Positions 35,963 through 46,398 are shown, counted from the first letter of the stretch. The stretch: 64,000 nt of DNA from Desulfatiglandales bacterium (GCA_963662465.1 OY759599.1:2592001-2656000); one strand, 5' to 3'. A program made the numbers and translations. Notes: a model not told the origin generated them from the letters alone.

Positions 35963-36994
35963 TTATTTCCTCCCATTTCCATCGCATCCCGGTCCCACCC
36001 AATAGCTTAACACCACCTCATTCCAGTCCGTTGCCGAATGGAGCGCCTCTAAAACCTTTTTCATGTCGCCACCCCTTGCACCGGCGTAAACCTGTTCCTC
36101 CGGGATGGGAAGAAAGGAAAAATCGATGGGTTTGCGGCTGACAATCACTTTGATGGACTCCTGGCACAATTCGTCTTCTTTCAGGGGATAAAACACCAGT
36201 TGCACATCGCCTGCCAATGCGGGCGGCGGGAACCGGAAGGTTCCCGACGGCAGGGGCTGGTCGCCCATCCTGCCGTTGGGGTAAAACAGGGAAACGGTGT
36301 AATCGGCCGCCACGCCCAGGATATACAGATGGACGCCCGGTTCCGTTTCGACGGAAATAATCGCCGGAACGCCGGGGGGATAACATGCGGGCCGTCGATC
36401 CAGCCAGGCCTTGATTTTCGGTCGGTTGAGGGATTGGGCATCCGGAGCGATGGCCTCGATACCCCGATGATAGATATTTCCCCTTTTGAGAGACGCCTGC
36501 TGTTCCCATCCCGGAGAAAGCGCCTCCCGATAAATGACCGTCCTGACCACAGTCCCATCCTTCATCCGCAGGGCCTTTATCACCAGGCGGATAGCGGGTT
36601 TTCCGCCGGAATGGGTCGGCCCGTACTCAATGGCGTATGTTCCGGTCACCACCACGTCGGCCCCGGCGTGGTCAAGGATGTTCCGGCCGCCGGACCCAAA
36701 CATCTCCATTTCATCCTGGATGACCCCCAGCTCTTTCCGGGATTTGACGACCACCCCCCGATCCGAAAGACAGGCTTCCACCCGGGTGCGAAATCGGTCG
36801 CCAAGGGCGGTGATGTCCCCCGATTTTTCTTCATGGACGGGACAAACAGCCGCGGTTTCACCCTTTCGCATTCGGTCTGCGATTTTTCCGATTTCCGTTT
36901 CGAAACCGGCCGCGAAAACAGGGGAAAGAGATGTCAAAATCACGACGACATAAAGGGCTGAAAAAAGGACGGGGATGGGTAAAGATTGTTTCAT
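35963..36994 (-). CDS. Probably exported protein with FlgO/CsgG-like N-domain and DUF4384-like C-domain
   Basis: Start MKQSL after an AGGAG RBS, signal peptide ending VFA, GADVVVTGTY motif, C-terminal HLYILGVAADYTVSLFYPN...ESIKVIVSRKPI. Confidence 0.62.
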   Translation of the reverse strand: MKQSLPIPVLFSALYVVVILTSLSPVFAAGFETEIGKIADRMRKGETAAVCPVHEEKSGDITALGDRFRTRVEACLSDRGVVVKSRKELGVIQDEMEMFGSGGRNILDHAGADVVVTGTYAIEYGPTHSGGKPAIRLVIKALRMKDGTVVRTVIYREALSPGWEQQASLKRGNIYHRGIEAIAPDAQSLNRPKIKAWLDRRPACYPPGVPAIISVETEPGVHLYILGVAADYTVSLFYPNGRMGDQPLPSGTFRFPPPALAGDVQLVFYPLKEDELCQESIKVIVSRKPIDFSFLPIPEEQVYAGARGGDMKKVLEALHSATDWNEVVLSYWVGPGCDGNGRK

Positions 36995-37205
36995 GGGATT
37001 CTCCTGTGTGCATCCTACCGAGGAAGCCGGGATTTGGGAAAGCTTACCCCTTTCCGATCCCCATGTCAAAAACCAACACCCTATGGCCATCTTTTTCCCG
37101 GCTGTGGGGGCCTTCAATCTCCCCGACTTTTTTCTTGATGTCAAAAACGCCTTTGTTTATTACCTGCTGTTGTCGGACCTACAAAGCACTGCACGACATC
37201 TAATT

Positions 37206-37233
37206 GTAGGGGCAGGCCCCTGTGCCTGCCCTG
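37206..37233 (+). repeat. GTAG-type REP-like palindrome
   Basis: GTAG-GGGCAGGC-CCCTGT-GCCTGCCC; near-identical copies at 60431 (reverse) and 61772. Confidence 0.8.
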
Positions 37234-37470
37234 ATGTGACCAATATGGACCATCAGGATATCAAAACCATGGTTGACTTAGGTCGCTATTTTTCCATATT
37301 CGCTCCGATAAGGTGTGATCAGTAAAAACTGTAATGAAGAGTTCCTTTCAAGAATACGGCCTGTTTTGCTTTGTATCCAAAGGTTTTATATGGTAAATAT
37401 GGTTTCACAATTTCCTGAACCGGAATGCCTAACATATCTTTGCGGGAAATATAATTTAAGGAGGCAATAG

Positions 37471-38853
37471 ATGTATTTTAAGCAAATCACAGTGCCCGGC
37501 CTTGGCTGCAATTCTTATGTCATTGGCTGCCCTGGAGCAAGGCAGGCAGTAGTTGTTGACCCCAAACGCGATGTGCAGGAGTACATGGATATATCCCGGG
37601 ACGAAGGGATGAAGATCACCCATATCATTGAAACCCATGTGCATGCCGATCATGTCAGCGGAAATCTGGAATTAAAATCCCGGACGGGCGCGGATATTTA
37701 TTTCAGTGAATATGCACCTGTGACGTTCAATTACAAAAAGCTGAAAGAAGGCGATGTGATTGAATTCGGCATGGTTAAACTCGAGATTCTCCATACGCCC
37801 GGACACACGCCCAACTCCATATCAGTTCTGGTAACGGATAAAGCCCGGGCAGATCTCCCCTGGATGATTCTTACCGGCGACCTCCTGTTTGTCGGCTCCA
37901 TAGGCCGGCCGGATCTGGCCGGGGCGGAGATTCTGGAAGAACAGATCAAAAATCTTTACGATTCCCTTTATGGAAAATTGCAGCGTCTGCCCGATTATCT
38001 GGAGGTCTTCCCGGCCCACGGCCAGGGCTCCCTTTGCGGCAAAGGACTGAGCGCCAAACTGAGCAGCACGCTGGGCTACGAACGTAAGACCCAGGCGGTT
38101 CTGAATCTTGCTGATTTTCATGAATTCCACGATCAGATTGCCGGGGCGTTTCCCGTTCGACCCAAAAGTTTTACCCATATTATCAATACCAATGCTCAGG
38201 GTGCGCCGCTCCTCGAACGATGTCCGCTGGAGCAGACGCTGAACCCTGATCAGTTCGACCGGATCCGCCGGGAGGGAGCAACCGTGATTGACACCCGGGA
38301 CACAGGCGCCTTCGGTGGATTCCATATCCCGGGCGCCATCAATATCGGGTTTGAGAAGCAGATGGCCAACTGGATCGGCATGGTAGTTGACCCTTTGGAA
38401 AACCTTCTGCTGGTGGTGGACGACCGGCAAAAATATGACCAGATGACCACTGAACTCCATCGAATCGGTTATGACAATATTTTCGGCTACCTTTCCGGCG
38501 GCATGTCGGCCTGGATTTCCCATGGAATGCCCATTGACAGCTTATCGCCGATTTCCGTCCAAGACCTTAGGCAGCAGCTGGAAAGGCGGGATTTCAGCCA
38601 TATTGTGGATGTGCGGACCCCGGAGGAAAGGGCACAGTACCATATTGAGGACGCGATCCATGTACCGATGAGCGATATCCTGGCCAACGGCCTCCATATT
38701 CCGAAAGACGAGGAAGTAATTCTTGTCTGCGGCACCGGTTACCGGTCCAATATTGTGGCCAGCAGGCTCAAGCAGGATGGATTCAGCCATGTCCACAGCC
38801 TGGCCGGGGGACTTACCGCCTGGCAGAATGCGGGCTACGGTGTTGCAGCGTGA
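37471..38853 (+). CDS. MBL-fold hydrolase fused to two rhodanese domains (persulfide dioxygenase-sulfurtransferase-like)
   Basis: ETHVHADHVSG, HTPGHT, TGDLLFVGSIGRPDL, PAHG..SLCG, C-terminal CGTGYRS. Confidence 0.9.
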   Translation: MYFKQITVPGLGCNSYVIGCPGARQAVVVDPKRDVQEYMDISRDEGMKITHIIETHVHADHVSGNLELKSRTGADIYFSEYAPVTFNYKKLKEGDVIEFGMVKLEILHTPGHTPNSISVLVTDKARADLPWMILTGDLLFVGSIGRPDLAGAEILEEQIKNLYDSLYGKLQRLPDYLEVFPAHGQGSLCGKGLSAKLSSTLGYERKTQAVLNLADFHEFHDQIAGAFPVRPKSFTHIINTNAQGAPLLERCPLEQTLNPDQFDRIRREGATVIDTRDTGAFGGFHIPGAINIGFEKQMANWIGMVVDPLENLLLVVDDRQKYDQMTTELHRIGYDNIFGYLSGGMSAWISHGMPIDSLSPISVQDLRQQLERRDFSHIVDVRTPEERAQYHIEDAIHVPMSDILANGLHIPKDEEVILVCGTGYRSNIVASRLKQDGFSHVHSLAGGLTAWQNAGYGVAA

Positions 38854-38955
38854 ACCTGGATAGTTAAACTGAAAAACCCGGTTTCCGTAACAGCTTTTAT
38901 CACACTAATCTTTGCGAACTTGATTATTGATTTTCGAGATTGGAATCAGCCGAGA

Positions 38956-41250
38956 TTAGCCAAGCAGGCCTGCAAGCCGAAAATGCTTGAACAGGACCTG
39001 AGGGGTCAGGGGAATTTCGTTGATGGCCACACCCGTGGCATCCAGAATGGCATTTCGAATGGCCGGGGGCGGAGAGATCACCGGCGGTTCCCCAAGGGCC
39101 TTGTTGCCGTATCCGGATGTGGGTTCAAATGTTTCCACGAATTCACAGCCCATATGGGGAACATCCAGGGCCGTGGGGATTTTGTACTCGGAAAGATTCC
39201 GGTTGTAAACATATCCGGTTTTGTCATCCACCACCAGTTCCTCGAAGAGGGCCGCGCCGATCCCCATGGCAATGCCGCCCTGCACCTGCCCCTGGGCCGT
39301 GAGGGGGTTAATAATCACGCCGGAATCGTGAACATTGATAATGTTATTAATGCGAACCCGGCACAGGGGAATGTCCACCGTGACATCCACGAAGGTGCAA
39401 CCAAAGCAGGGGGCGTTGGTGGTGGTTTTATGGGAAATATCCGTTGTGATCTGCTCGCCGCGTTCTTTGTGGTAACAGGCATCCCCGGCAAGGTCGGCAA
39501 GGGACATGAGTGTACAGTTTGCATCACGAGCATGCACCACCATGCCGTCTTCGATATCAAGTTCTTCGCGGGGGATGCGGGTTATGAGACCCGCATAATT
39601 CAATATTTTATCTTTAAAATCCAACCCTGCCCGGAATAGCGCGTTGCTTAAAACGTAGGCCTGCCGGGAGGCATAGGCCCCGGTGTCGAAGGGAAGCACA
39701 TCCGTGTCATGGGTGGCAGACAATTGGATTTGTTCGCAGGGAACGCCGATGGTTTCGGCTGCCATCTGGACGGCGATCGTGTCCGACCCCTGACCGATCT
39801 CCACGGCGCCCACCTGAAGACTGATGAAACCATCCGGATTCAGAACCAGTCTCGCTCCGGCAATTTCAACACAAACAGGATAAGTGCCCGAGCCATAACT
39901 GAAGCAGGCAACGCCCAGGCCTTTTCGAATGGGCCCGCGCTTGTGGTTTTTGGCATAGTCCGGTTTTTTCTCGTCCCACCGGATCCACTCTCTGCCCTTG
40001 ATCAGGCATTCCTCGATGCCGCAGCTTAACAGGGGCAGTCGGGAAAGGGGGTTAAGGTCTCCTTCCCTTGCCACATTTTTCAAGCGGAACAACACCGAAT
40101 CCATGCCGATTTGTCGGGCCGCGTCCTCCACGTTGCATTCCATGGCATAAAGGGTCTGGGGAACGCCGTAGGCCCGCATGGCGCCCGCCACCGGCATGTT
40201 GGCATAGATAGTGCGGCCTTCGTAAGCCATGGCGGCACGGGGATACAGAAAAGAGGCTTTGGCGCCTCCGGCGGACGCAACGGAATGGCCGTGGGAGGCA
40301 TATGCGCCGGTAATGGCAACCGCGCTCATCCGGTTTGCCGTCAGCGTCCCATCTTTTTTGACCCCGGTGGCAATATGGATATGGAAGGGATGCCGGTTCC
40401 GGGTGCAACCCATGCATTCCTCCCGGCTTAAAGAGATCCGAACGGCCCTGCCCCCCAGTTTTAAGGTTAGAAAAGCCACCAGGGGTTCAAGCACCGCATC
40501 CTGCTTGTTGCCGAACCCACCCCCCACATGGGGCTTGATGATCCGGATTCGATGCCATGGGATATCCAGAGCCTGACCGACGATGCGGCGTAAAATCTGC
40601 GGAATCTGGGTGGAAGTGACAATGGTGATGCGCGCCCTGTCTTCCATGTAGGCAAGGACGCAATGGTTTTCCAAATGGCAATGTTGCACCAGTTGCGTCC
40701 GATAGTCAGCCTCAATCAGATAATCCGATTCCTGAAAGGCCCCATGAACATTGCCTCCGCATTCGAAGGCATGCTCGCCCACGATGTTTTTGGACCCTTG
40801 GTGAATCTCTCTTGCCCCCGGCCCAAGTATGGCTGCGGGGGTCAACAGGGTTTCATAGACCTCATATTCGACCCGAATTGCCTCAAGCGCCTTTTCCGCA
40901 ATGGCTTCGTTTTCCGCCGCCACCACGGCAATTTCATCCCCGTAATAACGGATATCCCGCGTCAAAATGCGCCGGTCCGCCACGTCCCGTTGATCGGGAT
41001 TCAGGGAAAAGGGGTGTCCGGCCGTTGCAAAGGGAATGGCCGGCACGTCTTCATAAGTCAATACCGCTTCTACGCCGGCTATTGCTCGGGCTGCCTGGAC
41101 ATCGATGTGCTTGACCCGACCATGAGCGATGGTGCTTCGAAAACACTTGGCCGTCAGCGCACCGGGCCGGCAAAAATCGTCCACATAACATGCCCGACCG
41201 GTCGCCTTTACCGTTACATCCAGTCGCACCATGGGTTTTCCGATGGCCAT
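38956..41250 (-). CDS. xdhA: Xanthine dehydrogenase-family molybdopterin-binding subunit
   Basis: GGGFGNKQ, GAYASHG, AMRAYG, EIGQG, GAYASRQ, KALGEPP. Confidence 0.85.
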   Translation of the reverse strand: MAIGKPMVRLDVTVKATGRACYVDDFCRPGALTAKCFRSTIAHGRVKHIDVQAARAIAGVEAVLTYEDVPAIPFATAGHPFSLNPDQRDVADRRILTRDIRYYGDEIAVVAAENEAIAEKALEAIRVEYEVYETLLTPAAILGPGAREIHQGSKNIVGEHAFECGGNVHGAFQESDYLIEADYRTQLVQHCHLENHCVLAYMEDRARITIVTSTQIPQILRRIVGQALDIPWHRIRIIKPHVGGGFGNKQDAVLEPLVAFLTLKLGGRAVRISLSREECMGCTRNRHPFHIHIATGVKKDGTLTANRMSAVAITGAYASHGHSVASAGGAKASFLYPRAAMAYEGRTIYANMPVAGAMRAYGVPQTLYAMECNVEDAARQIGMDSVLFRLKNVAREGDLNPLSRLPLLSCGIEECLIKGREWIRWDEKKPDYAKNHKRGPIRKGLGVACFSYGSGTYPVCVEIAGARLVLNPDGFISLQVGAVEIGQGSDTIAVQMAAETIGVPCEQIQLSATHDTDVLPFDTGAYASRQAYVLSNALFRAGLDFKDKILNYAGLITRIPREELDIEDGMVVHARDANCTLMSLADLAGDACYHKERGEQITTDISHKTTTNAPCFGCTFVDVTVDIPLCRVRINNIINVHDSGVIINPLTAQGQVQGGIAMGIGAALFEELVVDDKTGYVYNRNLSEYKIPTALDVPHMGCEFVETFEPTSGYGNKALGEPPVISPPPAIRNAILDATGVAINEIPLTPQVLFKHFRLAGLLG

Positions 41251-41252
41251 TT

Positions 41253-41516
41253 CTATCGACGTTTCGCGGACAAAATAGGGGTATTCAAAACAAGGGCCGA
41301 GAGATTATCGGAGCGTTTGATATTAAGTTTTATGGAAGACGTGTCAATTTCAAAATACCTGGATATCACCTCAACAATATCCCGCTGTAAATCATTTAAG
41401 AGGTCATCGGATATCTCAAGTTTGTCGTATACCAGCGCGAACTTGAGCCTTTTCTTGGCGGTCTCCCGGCTGTTCGCGGGCTTGCCGAAAAATTTTCCCA
41501 AAAAATCGTTGAACAT
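41253..41516 (-). CDS. minE: Cell division topological specificity factor MinE
   Basis: SRETAKKRLK, DIVEVISRYF, ALVLNTPI. Confidence 0.93.
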   Translation of the reverse strand: MFNDFLGKFFGKPANSRETAKKRLKFALVYDKLEISDDLLNDLQRDIVEVISRYFEIDTSSIKLNIKRSDNLSALVLNTPILSAKRR

Positions 41517-41525
41517 GGCATCTCC

Positions 41526-42326
41526 TTAATTATTGCGTCGCAGCTTGCGACCCAGAGATCGCCAAAAACCCTTGGCGCTGTTGGGATTTTCAATGGGGAG
41601 ATCGGACTGCCCATTGAGTCGCTGCGCAATGCGATGAAAGGCATTGCCTGCTTCCGAATCTTTTTGAAGCACCAGCGGCATCCCCGTGTTGGTGGCAATC
41701 ACCACCCGATCATCCATTTTGACCAGTCCGATAAGATCGATGGACAGCACTTCCACCACATCTTCATGACTCAGCATGTCGCCCCGTGCCACCATCTCCG
41801 GAACAATGCGGTTGACCACCAGCTTGGGCGTAATGGACTTGGCGTAAAGCAATCCAATGACCCGATCCGCATCTCTCACGGATGACACCTCCGGCGTGCA
41901 AATCACCAGCGCTTCATCCGCCGCAGCCACCGCGTTTTCAAAACCCCGTTCGATCCCCGCCGGACAGTCCATTAAAACATAATCGAATCCGGCACGCAGG
42001 CTTTTGCTCAGGTTGACGATATCGTTCGGATTCAGAGCGTCCTTATTGTCGCTCTGGGATGCCGGTATGAGAAAAAGGTTTTCGATCCGCCGATCCTTAA
42101 TGGCGGCCTGTTTAACTTTACAGCGGCCCTTGGCCACATCCACGATGTTAAATACGATCCGGTTTTCAAGCCCCATCACCACATCCAGATTCCTGAGCCC
42201 GATGTCCATGTCAATAACGACCACCTTTTTCCCCTGCAGGGCCAAAGCGCCGCCGATACAGGCTGTGGCGGTGGTTTTCCCGACGCCCCCCTTGCCGGAG
42301 GTTACAACAATGATTTTTCCTTCCAA
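41526..42326 (-). CDS. minD: Septum site-determining ATPase MinD
   Basis: TSGKGGVGKTT, DIGLRNLD, DCPAGIE, PEVSSVRDADR, C-terminal amphipathic helix. Confidence 0.97.
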   Translation of the reverse strand: MEGKIIVVTSGKGGVGKTTATACIGGALALQGKKVVVIDMDIGLRNLDVVMGLENRIVFNIVDVAKGRCKVKQAAIKDRRIENLFLIPASQSDNKDALNPNDIVNLSKSLRAGFDYVLMDCPAGIERGFENAVAAADEALVICTPEVSSVRDADRVIGLLYAKSITPKLVVNRIVPEMVARGDMLSHEDVVEVLSIDLIGLVKMDDRVVIATNTGMPLVLQKDSEAGNAFHRIAQRLNGQSDLPIENPNSAKGFWRSLGRKLRRNN

Positions 42327-42440
42327 AATACACCTCTTTTCTAAACGTTGGCGCCGCCGGTTATACCGGCCTGATTTTCGGTGCGGCTTTCGATACTTTT
42401 CGTTGATGAACCTTTCGGAAAATAAGCGTTAATACCAGCA

Positions 42441-43166
42441 TCAAAGAACTTCGGGCCACGGAAGGCGTCTAAAGGGATTCGCTTTCAGATAGTCTTCCAC
42501 AAGAATGGAATTATTGACGATGTGGGCAAATTGGGCGCGTCCTTCCTGAAATGGGGGAATAGCGGTTACAACATAACCGGCAATTTGCAGTTGCTCCGGT
42601 TGGAAATCAAGCGCCAAAATAATTCTCTCCTCGTCATCAGGATATCCTGCTGCGGCCTTTCCCTTTAAACTGCCCATCACCAGAATATCGCCCCCGGCGA
42701 CAACCTCCCCACCGGGGTTAACATCGCCCATGATGGTCAGATGTTTCCTGGCCGTCACCTTCTGTCCGGAACGGACCCTCCCCGCAAGCATCAGAACATG
42801 ACTGCGGTGATGTTGCCAGGATCGATCCACATCCCTTTTGCGGGTTCGTTCTTCTTCAATGGAGCGTGATCGCTGGTTCGGGGGAGCTGAAACAGCCCCG
42901 ACTTCAAAACGCTCTTGCAGAAAACGGCCCAGTTCGGCAAGCAGATCCGTATGGTTTTCATCCGTTTCCGTATCCAGCAAAACCTTTTTGCCCATGGCCA
43001 TATGGTCCAGCCGTTCAAAAACCGTCGTCAGTTCGTTTTTCAATAAGCCGAGCGATCGAGATGGATCGACTGTCACCCACAACCCGTCTCCGACGCCTTT
43101 CAATTTTATCGCCTGTTGTCGTTCATCCATCTGTCCGTCGGTTCCTAAAAAGAGATTTTTATGCAT
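42441..43166 (-). CDS. minC: Septum site-determining protein MinC (start may be the later MDERQ Met)
   Basis: IKLKG, VRSGQ, GDVNPGGEVVAGGDILVMGSLKG.A.AG. Confidence 0.94.
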   Translation of the reverse strand: MHKNLFLGTDGQMDERQQAIKLKGVGDGLWVTVDPSRSLGLLKNELTTVFERLDHMAMGKKVLLDTETDENHTDLLAELGRFLQERFEVGAVSAPPNQRSRSIEEERTRKRDVDRSWQHHRSHVLMLAGRVRSGQKVTARKHLTIMGDVNPGGEVVAGGDILVMGSLKGKAAAGYPDDEERIILALDFQPEQLQIAGYVVTAIPPFQEGRAQFAHIVNNSILVEDYLKANPFRRLPWPEVL

Positions 43167-43185
43167 TGCAAATTAGATTTTCGGG

Positions 43186-43215
43186 AATATAACAGAAGCA
43201 ATATTTGGGTGTCAA
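43186..43215 (-). promoter_or_regulatory. Candidate sigma70 promoter of minCDE
   Basis: Minus strand TTGACA-18 nt-TATATT with an extended -10 TG. Confidence 0.5.
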
Positions 43216-43369
43216 GGAAAAGTAAGTACAATATATAGGGCATTTTTTCAGCAAACACTGAAAATTTCGAAGTGGTTGAAAAAAATCAGGATCAGGGGAT
43301 TTCAGGGGTGAAGAGAATTCAAAAAACAAGTGAGATAGGGTCGCCTTTGATCCTGTTGTTTCACGGAAT

Positions 43370-43996
43370 TCATTTCAAAATGCCCCGGGACAACATTTCA
43401 AGGGCCAGATGCCATGTGGTTTCAAGATGGGTTTTTCGATTCATGGCCTGTTTGCTGTTTTCCAGATGAATAATACCCAAAAAGGAAGTCCATACCACTT
43501 CAGCCAGGGTTTTTACGCCGCAATCCCGAAAAATCCCCTCCTCAATGCCGTATGCCATTATTTTTGAAAGAAATTCATAGTTGCGTGAGCCTGAATGATC
43601 CAACATCAACCGTAGGTTATCCGGCAGGTTTCGAAGCATTTCGCTTTGATGAAAATATAGCGTGACATTGAACAAAGCCGGATCTTTTTCATAAAATTCA
43701 ATGAAGGCGCCCCACAAGGATTGGAGAATATCGGCTTTTCTTTCAGTCCGGCGCTCATAGAGATTTTCTAGCCGTTTTCGAAAAAAGTCCGAGTATGAAG
43801 CGATGGCATGAACGAAAATTTCGTCTTTGGTCTTAAAATAAAGATACAGGGTGGCGCGTCCCAGTTCCGCTTCCTCAGCGATTTTTTCCATGGTGATGGC
43901 ATGATACCCTTCCTGTTCATAAACCTGAATGGCCGCACGAAGAATAGACTCACGCCTTTCGATTTTTTCACGTTCCCGTCGTTCTTTGATACCCAT
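43370..43996 (-). CDS. TetR/AcrR family regulator
   Basis: ITMEKIAEEAELGRATLYLYFKTKDEI HTH. Confidence 0.94.
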   Translation of the reverse strand: MGIKERREREKIERRESILRAAIQVYEQEGYHAITMEKIAEEAELGRATLYLYFKTKDEIFVHAIASYSDFFRKRLENLYERRTERKADILQSLWGAFIEFYEKDPALFNVTLYFHQSEMLRNLPDNLRLMLDHSGSRNYEFLSKIMAYGIEEGIFRDCGVKTLAEVVWTSFLGIIHLENSKQAMNRKTHLETTWHLALEMLSRGILK

Positions 43997-44060
43997 TTTT
44001 GAATCTCTGTGTTCGATTTAGTTCTCGTCCCCTGGGTCCGCGGGGAAATGTCAACCGCCT

Positions 44061-44090
44061 GGGTTCCCACCTTAAGAAGCGTGGGAACCC
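44061..44090. repeat. Intergenic hairpin (REP-like or RNA-stability element)
   Basis: GGGTTCCCAC-N10-GTGGGAACCC perfect 10-bp stem with no U-tract. Confidence 0.55.
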
Positions 44091-44107
44091 GAGGCTTAGT
44101 GGCTTAC

Positions 44108-46381
44108 TTAGCGATTTTCCGCCATCGATTTCAGAATTTTTTCCGGTGTAATGGGAAGGTCCTTACATCGGTATCCGGTGGCGTGATAAACGGCATCGGA
44201 AATGGCGGGGGCCGTGGGAGACGCCAGTCCCTCGCCGCACTCCTTGGCGCCCATGGGCCCTTCGGGCTCATAGGTGTCGATGTGGGTCACCTCGCTGGGG
44301 GGCATATCCATGGCCGTGGGCATTTTATAATCGAGGAAATTCGTGTTCAGGGTCTTGCCGTCCTGCATGACGAACTGCTCCGAAAGGGCGTATCCCAGTC
44401 CCATCTGAATGGACCCCGCAAGTTGACCTTCTACACCTTTGGGATTAATCACGGTGCCGCAGTCATGGGCGGTCCACATCTGTTTCACATCCACCACCCC
44501 GGTTTCCTGGTCCACATCCACCAGGGCCACCTGGGCGCCGAACCCGAAGGCCGGCGTCACCAAACCCTTGTCCCGGGGCGTATAATACCCGTGCGCGATC
44601 AGGGGTTCCCCCCGCTGGGATTTCTGGACCATGGCCACCACATCGCCGAAGGGCACCGCTTTCTTGGGCCTCCCCTTGGGCTGAACCACGCCGTTTTTGC
44701 ATTCCATCTCATAGATGACATTGGCGTTAAGATGGGCCGATATGGCCCCGAACAATTTTTCCTTGATTTTTTTGGCCGCATCCAAAACCGCATTCCCGGC
44801 CATGAGCGTGACCCGGCTTCCCCAAGCCCCCAGATCCGCCTGGGGCGTGGTGGCCGTATCCGCGGACGTAATACGGATATCTCCCATTTTTATCCCCAGC
44901 TCTTCAGCCAGAATCTGCTTCATGGCCGTATCGCATCCCTGGCCGATATCGGAAGCCATGGTCAGCAGATGGACGGTTCCATCGGAATAGGCCCGCACTT
45001 CGGCGGCGGAAAAGGGATACTGGGTATTGAACCAATTGAACACCCCCCCGGAAATAAAGCTGTAGCAACCGATGCCGATCCCCTGCCCCGGTTTGAGTTC
45101 CTTTTTAAGTCGTTTCCAATCACTCATTTTCGCAACAGCCTCGATGGATTCCTTGAAACCGCAGCTGCTGATGGTGGCCACATCGGGAATTTTGTCCCCG
45201 CTCACCTGTGCGTTTTTGAGGCGGATATCCACTGGATCGATCCCCAGGGCTTCCGCGGCCAGGTTCATCTGGATTTCGGAGGCATACAGGGACTGGGGCG
45301 CCCCGAACCCCCGCATGGCGCTTGAGGGCGGTTTGTTGGTGTACACATGCTGTCCGTGAAAACGGTAGTTGGGATATCGGTACAGCATGGCGCCGAAATT
45401 ACCGCACAGGAAGGTGGCCGTGGGTCCCATGGCGTTATAGGCGCCGCCGTCCAGCGTGATCTTGAGATCCTTTGCCACGAGGGTCCCGTCTTTTTTGAAT
45501 CCCACCTTTGAATGGAGCGTCATGGGGTGACGCCTTCGCCCGGTCAGGAATTCCTCTTCCCTCGAAAGGGTAAATTTGACGGGCCTGCCCGTTTGTTTTG
45601 CCATAAAGGCAGCGCAGAACTCCAAGGTGCGAAGCTCCATTTTTCCGCCGAACCCTCCCCCCACAAAGGGCTTAATTACCCGAATGTCGTTTTCCCGCAT
45701 CTCCAGGGTCGAAGCCAGCAAACACTGCACGATATAGGGAACCTGAGTGGAGGTCCAGAGGGTAATGCGTCCATCCAGATCCACCCGGGCCAAGGCGGAG
45801 CAGGGCTCCAGGTAGGCGTGGCTCACAGCATGCACCTTAAAGGTATCTTCACGAACATAGTCCGATTCCGCAAACCCCTTTTCGATGTCGCCGTACTGAA
45901 TTTTACGGTTGACGCTAATATTGCCGGGGCAATAATCGTGAATGGCGATCGCCCCTTCCTTCACGGATGAATCAACATCATACAAGCCTTCCAGTTCTTC
46001 ATATTCGACCTTAATAAGACTGAGGGCTTCCTGGGCCGTATCCTTGTCCACCGCCGCCACGGCAGCCACTTCGTCGCCAATGAAGCGCACTTTGTCAATG
46101 GCCAGGGCATATTCGTCCTGGGTATCGGCAAAGAGGCGCCAGTTGCCGTATTTAATTTTCGGAATATCAGCGCCGGTAATGACGCACTTGACCCCGGGAA
46201 GCGCTTTTGCCTTGCTGGTGTCGATGCTGAGGATCCGGGCGTGGGCCACCGGACTTCCCAGAATGCGCCCATAAAGCATTCCCGGCAGTTTCATGTCGTC
46301 GGTATATACGGACGCTCCCCTCGCCTTGGCCTCGGCGTCGTTTCTGGGCACATCTTTTCCCACAATATTGAATTGTTCCAT
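44108..46381 (-). CDS. Xanthine oxidase-family molybdoenzyme large subunit (4-hydroxybenzoyl-CoA reductase alpha-like)
   Basis: STQVPY, GGGFGGK, AMRGFG, DIGQG, LDYKMPT, GAKECGEG. Confidence 0.85.
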   Translation of the reverse strand: MEQFNIVGKDVPRNDAEAKARGASVYTDDMKLPGMLYGRILGSPVAHARILSIDTSKAKALPGVKCVITGADIPKIKYGNWRLFADTQDEYALAIDKVRFIGDEVAAVAAVDKDTAQEALSLIKVEYEELEGLYDVDSSVKEGAIAIHDYCPGNISVNRKIQYGDIEKGFAESDYVREDTFKVHAVSHAYLEPCSALARVDLDGRITLWTSTQVPYIVQCLLASTLEMRENDIRVIKPFVGGGFGGKMELRTLEFCAAFMAKQTGRPVKFTLSREEEFLTGRRRHPMTLHSKVGFKKDGTLVAKDLKITLDGGAYNAMGPTATFLCGNFGAMLYRYPNYRFHGQHVYTNKPPSSAMRGFGAPQSLYASEIQMNLAAEALGIDPVDIRLKNAQVSGDKIPDVATISSCGFKESIEAVAKMSDWKRLKKELKPGQGIGIGCYSFISGGVFNWFNTQYPFSAAEVRAYSDGTVHLLTMASDIGQGCDTAMKQILAEELGIKMGDIRITSADTATTPQADLGAWGSRVTLMAGNAVLDAAKKIKEKLFGAISAHLNANVIYEMECKNGVVQPKGRPKKAVPFGDVVAMVQKSQRGEPLIAHGYYTPRDKGLVTPAFGFGAQVALVDVDQETGVVDVKQMWTAHDCGTVINPKGVEGQLAGSIQMGLGYALSEQFVMQDGKTLNTNFLDYKMPTAMDMPPSEVTHIDTYEPEGPMGAKECGEGLASPTAPAISDAVYHATGYRCKDLPITPEKILKSMAENR

Positions 46382-46398
46382 TGATTATTCCTTTCCCC

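Noticed and set aside
44009..45325. 438-aa plus-strand ORF and similar long antisense ORFs (805-1566, 2698-3408, 40663-41529, 50693-51475)
   Set aside because: Shadow frames opposite well-supported genes, with no recognisable motifs
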